Made by a program: the position numbers and the translations under genes. Shown here in pieces: positions 48,662-58,094 of a stretch of DNA of 64,000 nt. The stretch's first letter is position 1, and the number at the start of each line of letters is the position of its first letter. The stretch is taken from the IMG/VR virus record IMGVR_UViG_3300042534_000747. The stretch is one strand, 5' to 3'. This DNA comes from a virus. The notes under the pieces were generated by a model. The model did no database searches. It was not told the DNA's origin and saw only the letters and a program-made list of their open reading frames with translations.

Positions 48662-50239
48662 ATGGATTTACTATCTAAATCTAGGCATGAAAAATATTCA
48701 GTTGATGAAGTTAAAAAATTAGTAATGAATAAATTCAATGAACTAAACAAAATTCCTACTGAAGATGATTTTACAACAGAAGAATTATCTGCTATTACAT
48801 TTCATGGAATGCCATTATCTAATATGATTTTAAAACTTGATTTAAAGAATAAAGTAATTTTAGAAAGTAATTCTGATTTAGAAATGAATAGAAATCGTGC
48901 TCTAATTAATCTAATTCAAAAAAAGGGTGATTTAGGGCATAATCCTACTGAAGATGATTTTACAACATTAGACCAACATGAATTAAATAATATTAATAAG
49001 TTATTTGGAAATTTAAATAATGCAATAGAAATGGCAGATTTTTCTAATAACAATGTTATTTTTCCATGTTTGTATAATAAAACTGGTTCAAAATATAAAT
49101 TATGCAATCAAATATTGATTAATTTATATAATAAAGAATGTTATGATATTCAAAAACCATTAGCAATTACTAATTATCATATTTATAATCCTTATATGTT
49201 AAGCAAAAATACATTCAATGGGAAACTATTAAAAGAAAATATATTAAATAGTGAACCAATTTATATTGTTTGCAAATGTTATAATGCATCTAGTGATTTG
49301 TATATTAAACTTAATGATGATTTGAATGAAATGCGTAAAGTAATAAAAGGAATTGAAGGCAAATATGTTTATGTTTCTATAAGAAGAGAAAATCGGCAAA
49401 TAAAAATTAATGATAACATAGTTAAGAATTGTGAATTTTTAAATATGGATAGAATAAATGAATTAAAAAAAATCATAGTATCGGATGAATCATATAATGA
49501 TACTGAAAATAAAATTAAAAAATTAAATAATTCTAATGATATTTCACTTGTATTGGATGTATTTTATAAAAAAATATTTAACAAAATACATTCTGAAGGT
49601 GAAATAGTTGAAGAACAAATACATCCAAATAAGCAAATTACAGATAATAATCTTGTAAAATTGATTGAAGATAATTTTGTAGAAGGTGATGATACAAATT
49701 ATGTTACTAAAGATAAAATTATGCAAATATTTGAAGAAAATAAAGAAGTATATAATGTAAAAGATGGTAGAATAACAACTTATATTAGAATATTGTTCAG
49801 TCATGCTTATAAAGGAGAATTTGATAAATACATGAAAATTAAATTGAAAAATCATGAACCTGAAGTATCAAATGAAGAAATTATTTATAAAGATAGTGAA
49901 ATTGTATTAAAACATGATGTTTCTGTAATTGATAAAATTTCTACAAGTTTATTTCATAATATCATAGATGATGAAAATTTTGAGAATGATAATGCTGTTC
50001 ATATCAGTAAAGCAGAATTGATAAACAATAGATGGGAATTTGATATACCATTGAATTGTGAAATGGTTCTATTGTTAGCTATGAATGGTGATAAAATTGA
50101 GAAATCATGGATGATTCCTAGAGCAGAAATTCCAGATATAAAATTTGTATACTTAAATGTTAATGGTATGCTCAATAAATTATTTAAATATAATAAATAT
50201 GAAACAAATACAGACTATTTGAATGCAATAATTAGATAA
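48662..50239 (+). CDS. Protein with two homing-endonuclease-associated repeats and a possible degenerate C-terminal nuclease domain
   Basis: ELNKIPTEDDF / DLGHNPTEDDF...LFGNLNNAIEMA; C-terminal RWEFDI...KSWMIP. Confidence 0.5.
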   Translation: MDLLSKSRHEKYSVDEVKKLVMNKFNELNKIPTEDDFTTEELSAITFHGMPLSNMILKLDLKNKVILESNSDLEMNRNRALINLIQKKGDLGHNPTEDDFTTLDQHELNNINKLFGNLNNAIEMADFSNNNVIFPCLYNKTGSKYKLCNQILINLYNKECYDIQKPLAITNYHIYNPYMLSKNTFNGKLLKENILNSEPIYIVCKCYNASSDLYIKLNDDLNEMRKVIKGIEGKYVYVSIRRENRQIKINDNIVKNCEFLNMDRINELKKIIVSDESYNDTENKIKKLNNSNDISLVLDVFYKKIFNKIHSEGEIVEEQIHPNKQITDNNLVKLIEDNFVEGDDTNYVTKDKIMQIFEENKEVYNVKDGRITTYIRILFSHAYKGEFDKYMKIKLKNHEPEVSNEEIIYKDSEIVLKHDVSVIDKISTSLFHNIIDDENFENDNAVHISKAELINNRWEFDIPLNCEMVLLLAMNGDKIEKSWMIPRAEIPDIKFVYLNVNGMLNKLFKYNKYETNTDYLNAIIR

Positions 50240-50271
50240 TGTATAATTAATTTTTCCTTTTTTTAGATACC

Positions 50272-50319
50272 TATTTATAATATGACACCATTGTATAGAA
50301 TTGTAGGTGTTAAAAAATG
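50272..50319 (+). promoter_or_regulatory. Class-I intergenic repeat
   Basis: TATTTATA 50272, TTGTA-N5-TTGTAGG 50301. Confidence 0.8.
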
Positions 50320-50543
50320 CAGAAAATAATAGCAGTTATTGGAAATCCATATGATAATGAGATTGTACATTTGTTTTCAAGTAATGATGCTTTGAAACTT
50401 TGGATGTCAAAAGAGGATTTGTTTTTTCACCAAAATCCGATAAAATAATAATGTATGATATATTTAAACATGGATATCCATATGAGAAATACACAATTAA
50501 AGAGCTTGATGTACTTGATTTGAATGATGTAAAGGAAATGTGA
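50317..50543 (+). pseudogene. Frameshifted short gene (or homopolymer error)
   Basis: Frame stops at 50446-50448; one extra T in the T6 run (50422-50427) restores an ORF to TGA 50541-50543. Confidence 0.45.
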
Positions 50544-50548
50544 TTTTC

Positions 50549-50780
50549 ATGAATGGTGATATTGAATCTTTAATGAATGAAAAAGACTATCAAGGTATTC
50601 TGAATATTTTGAAAGATGACACTTACATCAATGGATGATTACAATATGGAATTAGGTAGAATTGTAAAAAAGAAGTTTGGTGTATTTGAATATGTAAAAA
50701 AGGAAGAGTTTGAGGGTATCTATTTTGACCAACTCAAACCTATATTTGAAGAAACAACAGGTTTATACCTGTCACTTTAA
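50549..50780 (+). pseudogene. Second apparently split short gene
   Basis: MNGDIESL... stops at 50638; protein-like sequence continues in another frame to TAA 50778-50780. Confidence 0.35.
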
Positions 50781-51250
50781 TATTTTTTAATCAATTCCCA
50801 ACCAATCACATTTAAATTATCATCAATTTTTTCTTTTTTAATAATTACATTTTTATAATGAATTGTAGTCATATATTCAGCATTTTCTTTAGCTTTGTTT
50901 AAATCTTTGAAATCAAAATATGTTTGTCCACCTACATTATCAGTTCTTGTACCTTCGACTCTATATGTAGATTCTCCAATATCAAGAGATTTATAATCAA
51001 CACATTCTGTAAAAATTTCATATAATTTTTCATTGGTTAATTTCATTGAATCACTATCAAAAATTAATTTACCATCTTTTTCAACAATTTGTTGCTGACT
51101 ACCTTTAAATTGTTTATAACCTTTAATCATACCACTATGCGAATCAAGTAATAATAAATTACGCATGTTCTTAGATGTTTTAGGATACATTTTTTCATAT
51201 GAAATAACTGTATTTTTAATCACTTTTAAAAAGTTTGTTTTACTTGTCAT
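50777..51250 (-). CDS. Basic hypothetical protein
   Basis: 157 aa, GAGGT RBS. Confidence 0.8.
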   Translation of the reverse strand: MTSKTNFLKVIKNTVISYEKMYPKTSKNMRNLLLLDSHSGMIKGYKQFKGSQQQIVEKDGKLIFDSDSMKLTNEKLYEIFTECVDYKSLDIGESTYRVEGTRTDNVGGQTYFDFKDLNKAKENAEYMTTIHYKNVIIKKEKIDDNLNVIGWELIKKY

Positions 51251-51278
51251 TTTAATACCTCATTAATAATATTTAGAT

Positions 51279-51308
51279 ATTCTTTTCGATTCTTTTCGAT
51301 TCTTTTCG
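51279..51308. repeat. Tandem repeat (ATTCTTTTCG)x3
   Basis: Three exact 10-bp units. Confidence 0.85.
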
Positions 51309-51473
51309 TTTTCTTTTTTAACAATTTTAATCACAATTATATTATGTTTTATTATTATATAAAGATTTGTAGAATAGATGTTTTATAAATATTTATCTAA
51401 TGATGCCTACTGTTATTTGTATATACCATCTATTATAAAAAAGTATATATAGTAAAAAAATGTATTTATTTAT

Positions 51474-53096
51474 ATGAAGGTTAAAAAAGTTTTATTTATT
51501 TTATTCTTATTATCAATTATAGGAATTGCGTGTTTCAGTATAATGGATACAGGCTCTTTATATGATGGTGATAATTATGAATATAGAACAATAAGTTACA
51601 CTAGTACAGATGATATTATCAAACTAAACCGTGCTGTAGAAGATGGAATGGAAGCAGATTTTAGTAATGTAGAGTATTATGATGTAGAGGGTAATTTATT
51701 AGAGCAAGATTATTATGGTAATATAGTTTTAATTGATATTCCTGATGGTTCAAGTAGTATTTATGAGAAATGGGGAGATAGTGTAACTGCTATTGATGGG
51801 GATTTAATTAGTGAAACATTATCATATTGGTCTGAAGGAGCTACAAGCGATTTTAAAACATGGATAGAAATAGAATCACTTGATGATAGTGAAGTAAAGA
51901 AATATGAAATTAAAAAAGAAGCAGGATACATACCAGATGGTAATGATGTATTTGAAGTATTTGATGATTTTGATACATTAGATGATTGGACTATTGTATT
52001 AGGTTCATGGTCAGTAGCTAATAGTGAATTATCAATTCCGGCAACTGGTTCAAATTCTAATTATTTAAAATACAATACTCAACTATCATTAGATACTTAT
52101 AAAATTGCATCTAGATATTATTTGTCTGGTAGTACATATTTAGTTGTTGAAGCAGATTCAACTCCTTATTATGCACATGCTCTTGATATTGCATCATGGA
52201 ATGGTGCATTACCAAAAGTAGTATCTGTGCTTCCTGATTGGAATGTTGCTAATACAGAAGGAGCATTATTATCAGAAGGACATACAAGTGAAAAATGGTA
52301 TGTTCAAGAAACAACTGTATTATCTGGAAATAATTATGCAGATATTTATGATAATGGAAGAAATAATTTAATTGGAACAAGTGATTTTCAAACAGTAGAT
52401 GGTACTGGTGCAGGTCATTATTTTGCAATTTGGGGAAGGTCTGATACAACAGGTACTAAATACGATTGGATAACTGTAAGAAAATATGCAAGTGTAGAAC
52501 CTACTGTGACTGTTACTGATGAAGGTGAATATTATGTAGTTACAGTGACTAATAATTTAGCAAGTGAATTGACTAATTATCAAGTTGGTTTTAGTTCTGC
52601 TGATATTGATTTATCTTCAATTGATGAATCATTAGAAATTACAGAATATATAGAAGATGCTGAAATAACTTATAGTGATACGTATATAACTGGTGTAAAT
52701 GAAAATATTCAAGAAGATATAACTGTTGATACTGATGTAACATTTACAAAAACATTTATTGAAGAATTAGACCATGAATGGTATGTAGATGATGATTTAA
52801 CACAAGAAAATACATCAGAAACAATTACATCTTTAACTATGACTATAGATGAAGCAAAAGAATATACAGTTACTTTAAAATCATATAATGGTGCATCTTT
52901 AGTAGATGAAAACACATGGACATTTAGCGGTATTGCTGTAGCTAAAAAGAGTTCAAGTACTATTATTGATGATGATGTAACTACTATTACAGAAACAAAA
53001 GTTACAGAAACAAATTCTAATAAAGTAATTGGGTTTATTAGCAATGCAATAAATACTATATTAAATTATATAAGAAGTATATTTGCTGCATTATAA
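51474..53096 (+). CDS. Secreted acidic surface protein with DUF2341-like/lectin-like domain
   Basis: N-terminal TM; WIEIESL...DGNDVFEVFDDF...DWITVRKYASVEPTV...TNNLASELTNYQV. Confidence 0.6.
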   Translation: MKVKKVLFILFLLSIIGIACFSIMDTGSLYDGDNYEYRTISYTSTDDIIKLNRAVEDGMEADFSNVEYYDVEGNLLEQDYYGNIVLIDIPDGSSSIYEKWGDSVTAIDGDLISETLSYWSEGATSDFKTWIEIESLDDSEVKKYEIKKEAGYIPDGNDVFEVFDDFDTLDDWTIVLGSWSVANSELSIPATGSNSNYLKYNTQLSLDTYKIASRYYLSGSTYLVVEADSTPYYAHALDIASWNGALPKVVSVLPDWNVANTEGALLSEGHTSEKWYVQETTVLSGNNYADIYDNGRNNLIGTSDFQTVDGTGAGHYFAIWGRSDTTGTKYDWITVRKYASVEPTVTVTDEGEYYVVTVTNNLASELTNYQVGFSSADIDLSSIDESLEITEYIEDAEITYSDTYITGVNENIQEDITVDTDVTFTKTFIEELDHEWYVDDDLTQENTSETITSLTMTIDEAKEYTVTLKSYNGASLVDENTWTFSGIAVAKKSSSTIIDDDVTTITETKVTETNSNKVIGFISNAINTILNYIRSIFAAL

Positions 53097-53111
53097 ATAT
53101 ACTTTCTTTTT

Positions 53112-53426
53112 TTAACATTTTAATGGTTGATTTGCATATTTTTTATATTCAAATTTATATTTAATAAATTTATTTTTTGCTTTAATTAATTCTTCTTTGA
53201 ATTCAGGATTTGCTTCTATAATTTCATCTGAAGGGTAACACCATCTCCAATAATTTCCTGCACCTATCCAATTGATTTCACCAGAATGACTACTAATACT
53301 TGATATAGTAATTTTTTGCATTCTAGTTGTAATCATATCACTTTTTGTAGGATGTGTGGATATGATTCTTGTACCTTTAGGTATTACAATTATTGATTTT
53401 TCAGGAATCTTTATTTTTTCAATCAT
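53112..53426 (-). CDS. Hypothetical protein
   Basis: 104 aa. Confidence 0.7.
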   Translation of the reverse strand: MIEKIKIPEKSIIVIPKGTRIISTHPTKSDMITTRMQKITISSISSHSGEINWIGAGNYWRWCYPSDEIIEANPEFKEELIKAKNKFIKYKFEYKKYANQPLKC

Positions 53427-53503
53427 AAAATCACTTTACTAATATTTGCAATACAACTGTATGCATTAATGATATAAAAAAGTATTTAAAAAAAAAATTA
53501 ACA

Positions 53504-54208
53504 TCACATATGATGCCAATTTTCTGAATTACTCATGTAAAATTTTTTATTAAATTCACCAATTTTCTCACTGTAATATAAATCATCATCTAATTGTGAA
53601 GAATCAAATAAATCTTTATCATTTCTGATAGTATCTCCATATTCTTCACCTTTAAACCTGCTCACTCTATGCATATCAGCTTCAAATCTATCCTCTACGC
53701 TTATATTTTTGATAGAGCCATCTAATCTACCCTTATGTGTTTTGACTTGATTGAGAGCATTCTGATAAGATGTGTGAAGGGTAGTTTGACCTATATTGAT
53801 TCCTTTGAATTTTGGTCTATATTTAATAGAATTTCCAATTTTATATTTATGAATTTCATAACCATTTGGTAAACCTTTAAATAAAACGGATTGAGTTGAA
53901 TTTTTTGGTGGTAATTGAAAACCTTTTGCATCAACACCTAACCAATCAATAGTTGAACTATTATCATTAGGATTAATTAATGCAGTATTACCTCTAACAA
54001 GATTTCTTTTTAATGTTCTTGATTTATCACGTTTTTGGTCTTGAAATGGTCTTTTTTCAAATTCATTTAAATATTCTTCTTTAGAAATTTCTTTTTTATT
54101 TACTGTTATAATTCTATCATGTGCTTTAACAGTAATTACTTTACCATTTTTCCGATATGTATTTTTCGGAATATGAATTTTCTTTTGGATTTTAACAATT
54201 TTACTCAT
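53504..54208 (-). CDS. Basic modular protein with N-terminal KIxIP...VKxHxR motif
   Basis: 234 aa; motif shared with 56784..57347. Confidence 0.75.
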   Translation of the reverse strand: MSKIVKIQKKIHIPKNTYRKNGKVITVKAHDRIITVNKKEISKEEYLNEFEKRPFQDQKRDKSRTLKRNLVRGNTALINPNDNSSTIDWLGVDAKGFQLPPKNSTQSVLFKGLPNGYEIHKYKIGNSIKYRPKFKGINIGQTTLHTSYQNALNQVKTHKGRLDGSIKNISVEDRFEADMHRVSRFKGEEYGDTIRNDKDLFDSSQLDDDLYYSEKIGEFNKKFYMSNSENWHHM

Positions 54209-54218
54209 AAATATTTAA

Positions 54219-54380
54219 TCACATCCCATTTTTTATAATTCTTATAGCTTCATCTACTTCTTCTACTCTTTTAGTGCTACCGCCCAATTTATTAGCTCTA
54301 CCAGTGATTATATGGTTTCTGTAATTATCTAAAAGATTGAATAGTCTTGTTTTATCTGATTTGAATTCTTTAGTTGTCAT
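54219..54380 (-). CDS. Small basic protein (not in ORF track)
   Basis: 53 aa MTTKEFKSDKTRLFNLL...IKNGM; GGAG RBS. Confidence 0.65.
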   Translation of the reverse strand: MTTKEFKSDKTRLFNLLDNYRNHIITGRANKLGGSTKRVEEVDEAIRIIKNGM

Positions 54381-54385
54381 ATTTT

Positions 54386-54634
54386 TTATCTCCTACATAC
54401 AAAAATATTGTAACCTTTTGCACATGGAACTACTCTTGCAAGATTGCCTTTTGCTCTTTCTTTATCAGCTATTTCATTAGCAACATTCTTTTTTCTTGAA
54501 AAATCAAGTAGTCCAAATGTTTTATTACCAAATTTACGTTTATTATTGGTATAACTATATTGTTGTTCATATGGTTGGTCTGAAAGCGTTCTAGCATCAA
54601 TTCTTTTTAGTTTTTTATTGTCTTTTCGTGTCAT
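54386..54634 (-). CDS. Small basic protein, duplicate of 60133..60381
   Basis: 63/82 identical residues by manual alignment. Confidence 0.85.
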   Translation of the reverse strand: MTRKDNKKLKRIDARTLSDQPYEQQYSYTNNKRKFGNKTFGLLDFSRKKNVANEIADKERAKGNLARVVPCAKGYNIFVCRR

Positions 54635-54903
54635 TATTATTCTCTTTTTTATATATATTTATAATATTGTAGTAATTTAATTAATTTTATTAAAACATAA
54701 ATTAATACAAATATTGTTATTCCTAGTCTAAACCAATCTATTATTTTATCTATATCTAGCATTATTTTATTATATCCTGCAAAATTATATTTGTTTTTTT
54801 ACTATATAAGCATTTTTAAAAAAGATGTTAATTAAATTAATATATAAAAAGAGTAGAGAAAATATTTATGAAAATTAAAAAATAATAGATTAATATCTAT
54901 TAT

Positions 54904-56679
54904 TTAATTTTTCTTTTTATTGCCTTGATTTTGATTTTCATTGTAAACAATTAAAAGTAATCCGGCAATTATCATTCCATACATTGTTTGTGCTGTTGAA
55001 TTCATATTTAATATATTTTCAAACAATAAAGCTAAAAATTTATTATCATCATCTTCTTTTACATTTTCATTAGTAATTGGTGTATTTTCTTCTACATAAT
55101 CATTTAAATCATCATACACTTTAACTATTTCTGGATTTGCTTCTACAACTGCATCTACTTCTGCTTCTGCTTCTGCTTCTGCTTCTGCTTCAGGTTCAGT
55201 GGGGGTTGTTCCTGCACCAGATTTACTTGCTTCAATTGTATTACCGTATGCACCTATATTGATTCTACCACCGTTGTTGTCAGGTTCATATTCAAAATTT
55301 GAAAGAGGATTACCTGCATCAATTAATGGAGAAATTGTTTCTGAAATTACCCATGAATTTCCATTCCAACTTCCATATGTTGATTTTAAGTGGAAATCTG
55401 CTTTTGCTGAATCATAAGATGGATATACAAATTCAGGGTCTAAATTAGTATTATGTGTTCCCCATACAATATTTGAATTGCCATCAGTTGCATCCATACC
55501 ACCATACCAATTGTTGTAATCAGCATATACAATATGTTTAGGAGAATTGACAATGCTATAATATTTAATCATTTCATAATTAGTATCTGTATTTTTACAA
55601 ATATTATTGTTAAAGTAAATTTTCATATCCCAATTTGTATCATCATGGTATGGATATGGTGAATAAATACTAAGGATACCACCCTGAAATACACCAAAAA
55701 TTACATTGTTTTCAATGACAACATTTGTAAATCCTGATACTGAAATAGCACCTTGTAGGTCAGATGTTCCATCATGGTTTACATCATAGAATACATTATT
55801 TAGAACATATATATTCTTTGCAGAATTTGAAGATGTTATATGTTTACTATCATATATTGCACCACAAATATAAACTGCTGAATCACATATATTATGGAAT
55901 TCATTATCTTTTATAAGTATGTTGTATGTTGGATAATAATCTACCCATCCTTTAATGTATACTGTTCCGTATCCACTAATTGCATTACCTGCACCCCATA
56001 TTTCATTATTCAAAATGTTTACATCATGTGATAATTCAATTCTAAATGCTGTATTTACCCAATGGTCACCACGATTATTAGTAATATCCATATTATTACA
56101 TTTGTTTAACCAAACATTTTCGTGACCTGATTCAAAGAATTCACAATTATTTACAAGTCCATTACTGCAAGATTCAAAATATACAAAATCCATTGCATTT
56201 TCATGTAAATACATATCTTCTACAACTACATTATCACAATTTACGAATTGGAACATTCTGTATAAATACATACCTCTAACCAATTCATCATTGTTAGCAT
56301 AGTTTCCATCAACTTCAAAGCCATGAACATATAAATCATCATAACCATTAGCATTGAACATTGTTTTATATGCTCCCCATAATGCATTATTTTTTAATTT
56401 AACAATTGCATTTGAGTCACCTGTTAATTCAGTACCTCTCATACTAAATCTTATAGTATCGCCTATAACATATGTTCCACTTTTTAAGTATACTGTTCCA
56501 TCAACACCTGCTGCACTAATAGCTTGATTGATTTGAACTTCATCATTTGTTCCATCACAATTATACGTTCCACTGCCATCTCTTGCAACTGTAACTGTTG
56601 AAGCAGATGCCATAGACATTGAAAACAATAAAATCAATGTAACTATCAATATTTTTATATTTTTCATTTTTTTAACCAT
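54904..56679 (-). CDS. Disaggregatase-related right-handed beta-helix (PbH1) surface enzyme
   Basis: Signal peptide; TVTVARDGSGTYNCDGTNDEVQINQA; PbH1 repeats; DFHLKS...SPLIDAG...GGRINIGAYGNT; C-terminal TM. Confidence 0.75.
   Translation of the reverse strand: MVKKMKNIKILIVTLILLFSMSMASASTVTVARDGSGTYNCDGTNDEVQINQAISAAGVDGTVYLKSGTYVIGDTIRFSMRGTELTGDSNAIVKLKNNALWGAYKTMFNANGYDDLYVHGFEVDGNYANNDELVRGMYLYRMFQFVNCDNVVVEDMYLHENAMDFVYFESCSNGLVNNCEFFESGHENVWLNKCNNMDITNNRGDHWVNTAFRIELSHDVNILNNEIWGAGNAISGYGTVYIKGWVDYYPTYNILIKDNEFHNICDSAVYICGAIYDSKHITSSNSAKNIYVLNNVFYDVNHDGTSDLQGAISVSGFTNVVIENNVIFGVFQGGILSIYSPYPYHDDTNWDMKIYFNNNICKNTDTNYEMIKYYSIVNSPKHIVYADYNNWYGGMDATDGNSNIVWGTHNTNLDPEFVYPSYDSAKADFHLKSTYGSWNGNSWVISETISPLIDAGNPLSNFEYEPDNNGGRINIGAYGNTIEASKSGAGTTPTEPEAEAEAEAEAEVDAVVEANPEIVKVYDDLNDYVEENTPITNENVKEDDDNKFLALLFENILNMNSTAQTMYGMIIAGLLLIVYNENQNQGNKKKN
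55158..55191 (-). repeat. In-frame hexamer repeat (GAAGCA)x5-6 encoding poly-EA
   Basis: (CTTCTG)x5 on plus strand. Confidence 0.9.
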
Positions 56680-56783
56680 TTTAACATAATTTATATAATT
56701 AGAATGTAATATAAGTTATGAGTATATAAAGGTTATGACATTAGAAAAATTATGATAATACACTATAAATATATATATTATGA

Positions 56784-57347
56784 ATGAATAATTTTATTAT
56801 GAATAAAATATATATTCCTGAATCAATCAGGATTCAAAATAATGATAAAATAATAGTAAAAGAACATATGCGTTCAACTGATTCATTATCAATTGTGTAT
56901 CATCTCACTAACCAATATCCTTTTTATCCAGATGGATATTTTATTAATAATCAACAAGAATTTGGTACTGGATTGTATGTTACTAATAAAGAAAGTGTGA
57001 AAAAATGGGATTGGGGATTAAGTGGTAGAAAATATATAGTTATTATTGAATTAATGAATGTCAATATAATTAATGAAAAAGATTTTCCTAGTAATATGAA
57101 TATGGTTCAATTTTTAAAATCAATTGGATTTTCAAGTAATGATTTAAAAGAATTTATCCCAAATGGTGATACATTTAATAGAAATCCTATTGATATTGCA
57201 ACTAAAAGAGCATGGATGTATTATAAAAATATTGATGTTATAATACCTTTTAAAGATGCAAAAGAAGGCGAACAAATGATAATTACAAATTTAGAAAAAA
57301 TAAAAATTGTAAATCAAATGCCTATTCAGGAATTTTATAATCTTTAA
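56784..57347 (+). CDS. Putative ADP-ribosyltransferase-fold protein
   Basis: VYHLT...F...EFGTGLYVT pattern; N-terminal KIYIP...VKEHMR peptide. Confidence 0.5.
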   Translation: MNNFIMNKIYIPESIRIQNNDKIIVKEHMRSTDSLSIVYHLTNQYPFYPDGYFINNQQEFGTGLYVTNKESVKKWDWGLSGRKYIVIIELMNVNIINEKDFPSNMNMVQFLKSIGFSSNDLKEFIPNGDTFNRNPIDIATKRAWMYYKNIDVIIPFKDAKEGEQMIITNLEKIKIVNQMPIQEFYNL

Positions 57348-57380
57348 TTAATTTATTATAAAAAAAGGAGGATGATTAAA

Positions 57381-58094
57381 TCATCTCCTATTAAGTATAT
57401 AATCCATTTCTTTGTTAATTAGATATTCACGAAGTGCCTGATGTTTTACAGGATTCTTGAATGTAAATCTCATTAATCCAGTTGATGTTACTTTAATTTC
57501 AAGTTCAGGATTTTCTTTGTTTATCCTAGATTCAAATTGCTTAACAGATTCACCATATTGCATGTAAACAGGTACAAATACTGTATTGGTAATCATCATA
57601 AATAAATCTTCAATGTTTCTTTGAGATTTATATGAATGTACATCAAGACCTACATGAATAGGTATGTTTTTTTCTGTCTTTTTGAGCATTATTTGTCTAA
57701 GTACTTCAGGTGGTTGAGTATTTCTAAAAGAACGTGAATCTTTATTTATTTTTTTAGCTTCAGAATCAAACACTACATTAGATAGTGAAATATAATTCTG
57801 ACCTAGTTTCTGTTCAAATGAATTTGTAACATATTTGCTCAATATTTTCTTTGCTTCTGCATATGAATTTACATTATAATGAAGTGCATGATTATCTTCA
57901 TTTGTCATATGTAGACTACCAATTTCTATATCATGGTTGTCTCTTGAAAATTTGCTTATAAATCTTTCACGAACACTATGCACTATTTTACCAACATCTG
58001 CATAAGCATTATATTCTTTTATTAATTTAGTTAAATCATTTTCAAATTTTGCTATTGAGATTTGTTCAATTTCCATATAAATCACTTTCTCCAT
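57381..58094 (-). CDS. Hypothetical protein (tandem paralog)
   Basis: Shares SEAKKI, SFRNTQP, KKTEK and RIN..NPEL with the adjacent ORF. Confidence 0.8.
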   Translation of the reverse strand: MEKVIYMEIEQISIAKFENDLTKLIKEYNAYADVGKIVHSVRERFISKFSRDNHDIEIGSLHMTNEDNHALHYNVNSYAEAKKILSKYVTNSFEQKLGQNYISLSNVVFDSEAKKINKDSRSFRNTQPPEVLRQIMLKKTEKNIPIHVGLDVHSYKSQRNIEDLFMMITNTVFVPVYMQYGESVKQFESRINKENPELEIKVTSTGLMRFTFKNPVKHQALREYLINKEMDYILNRR

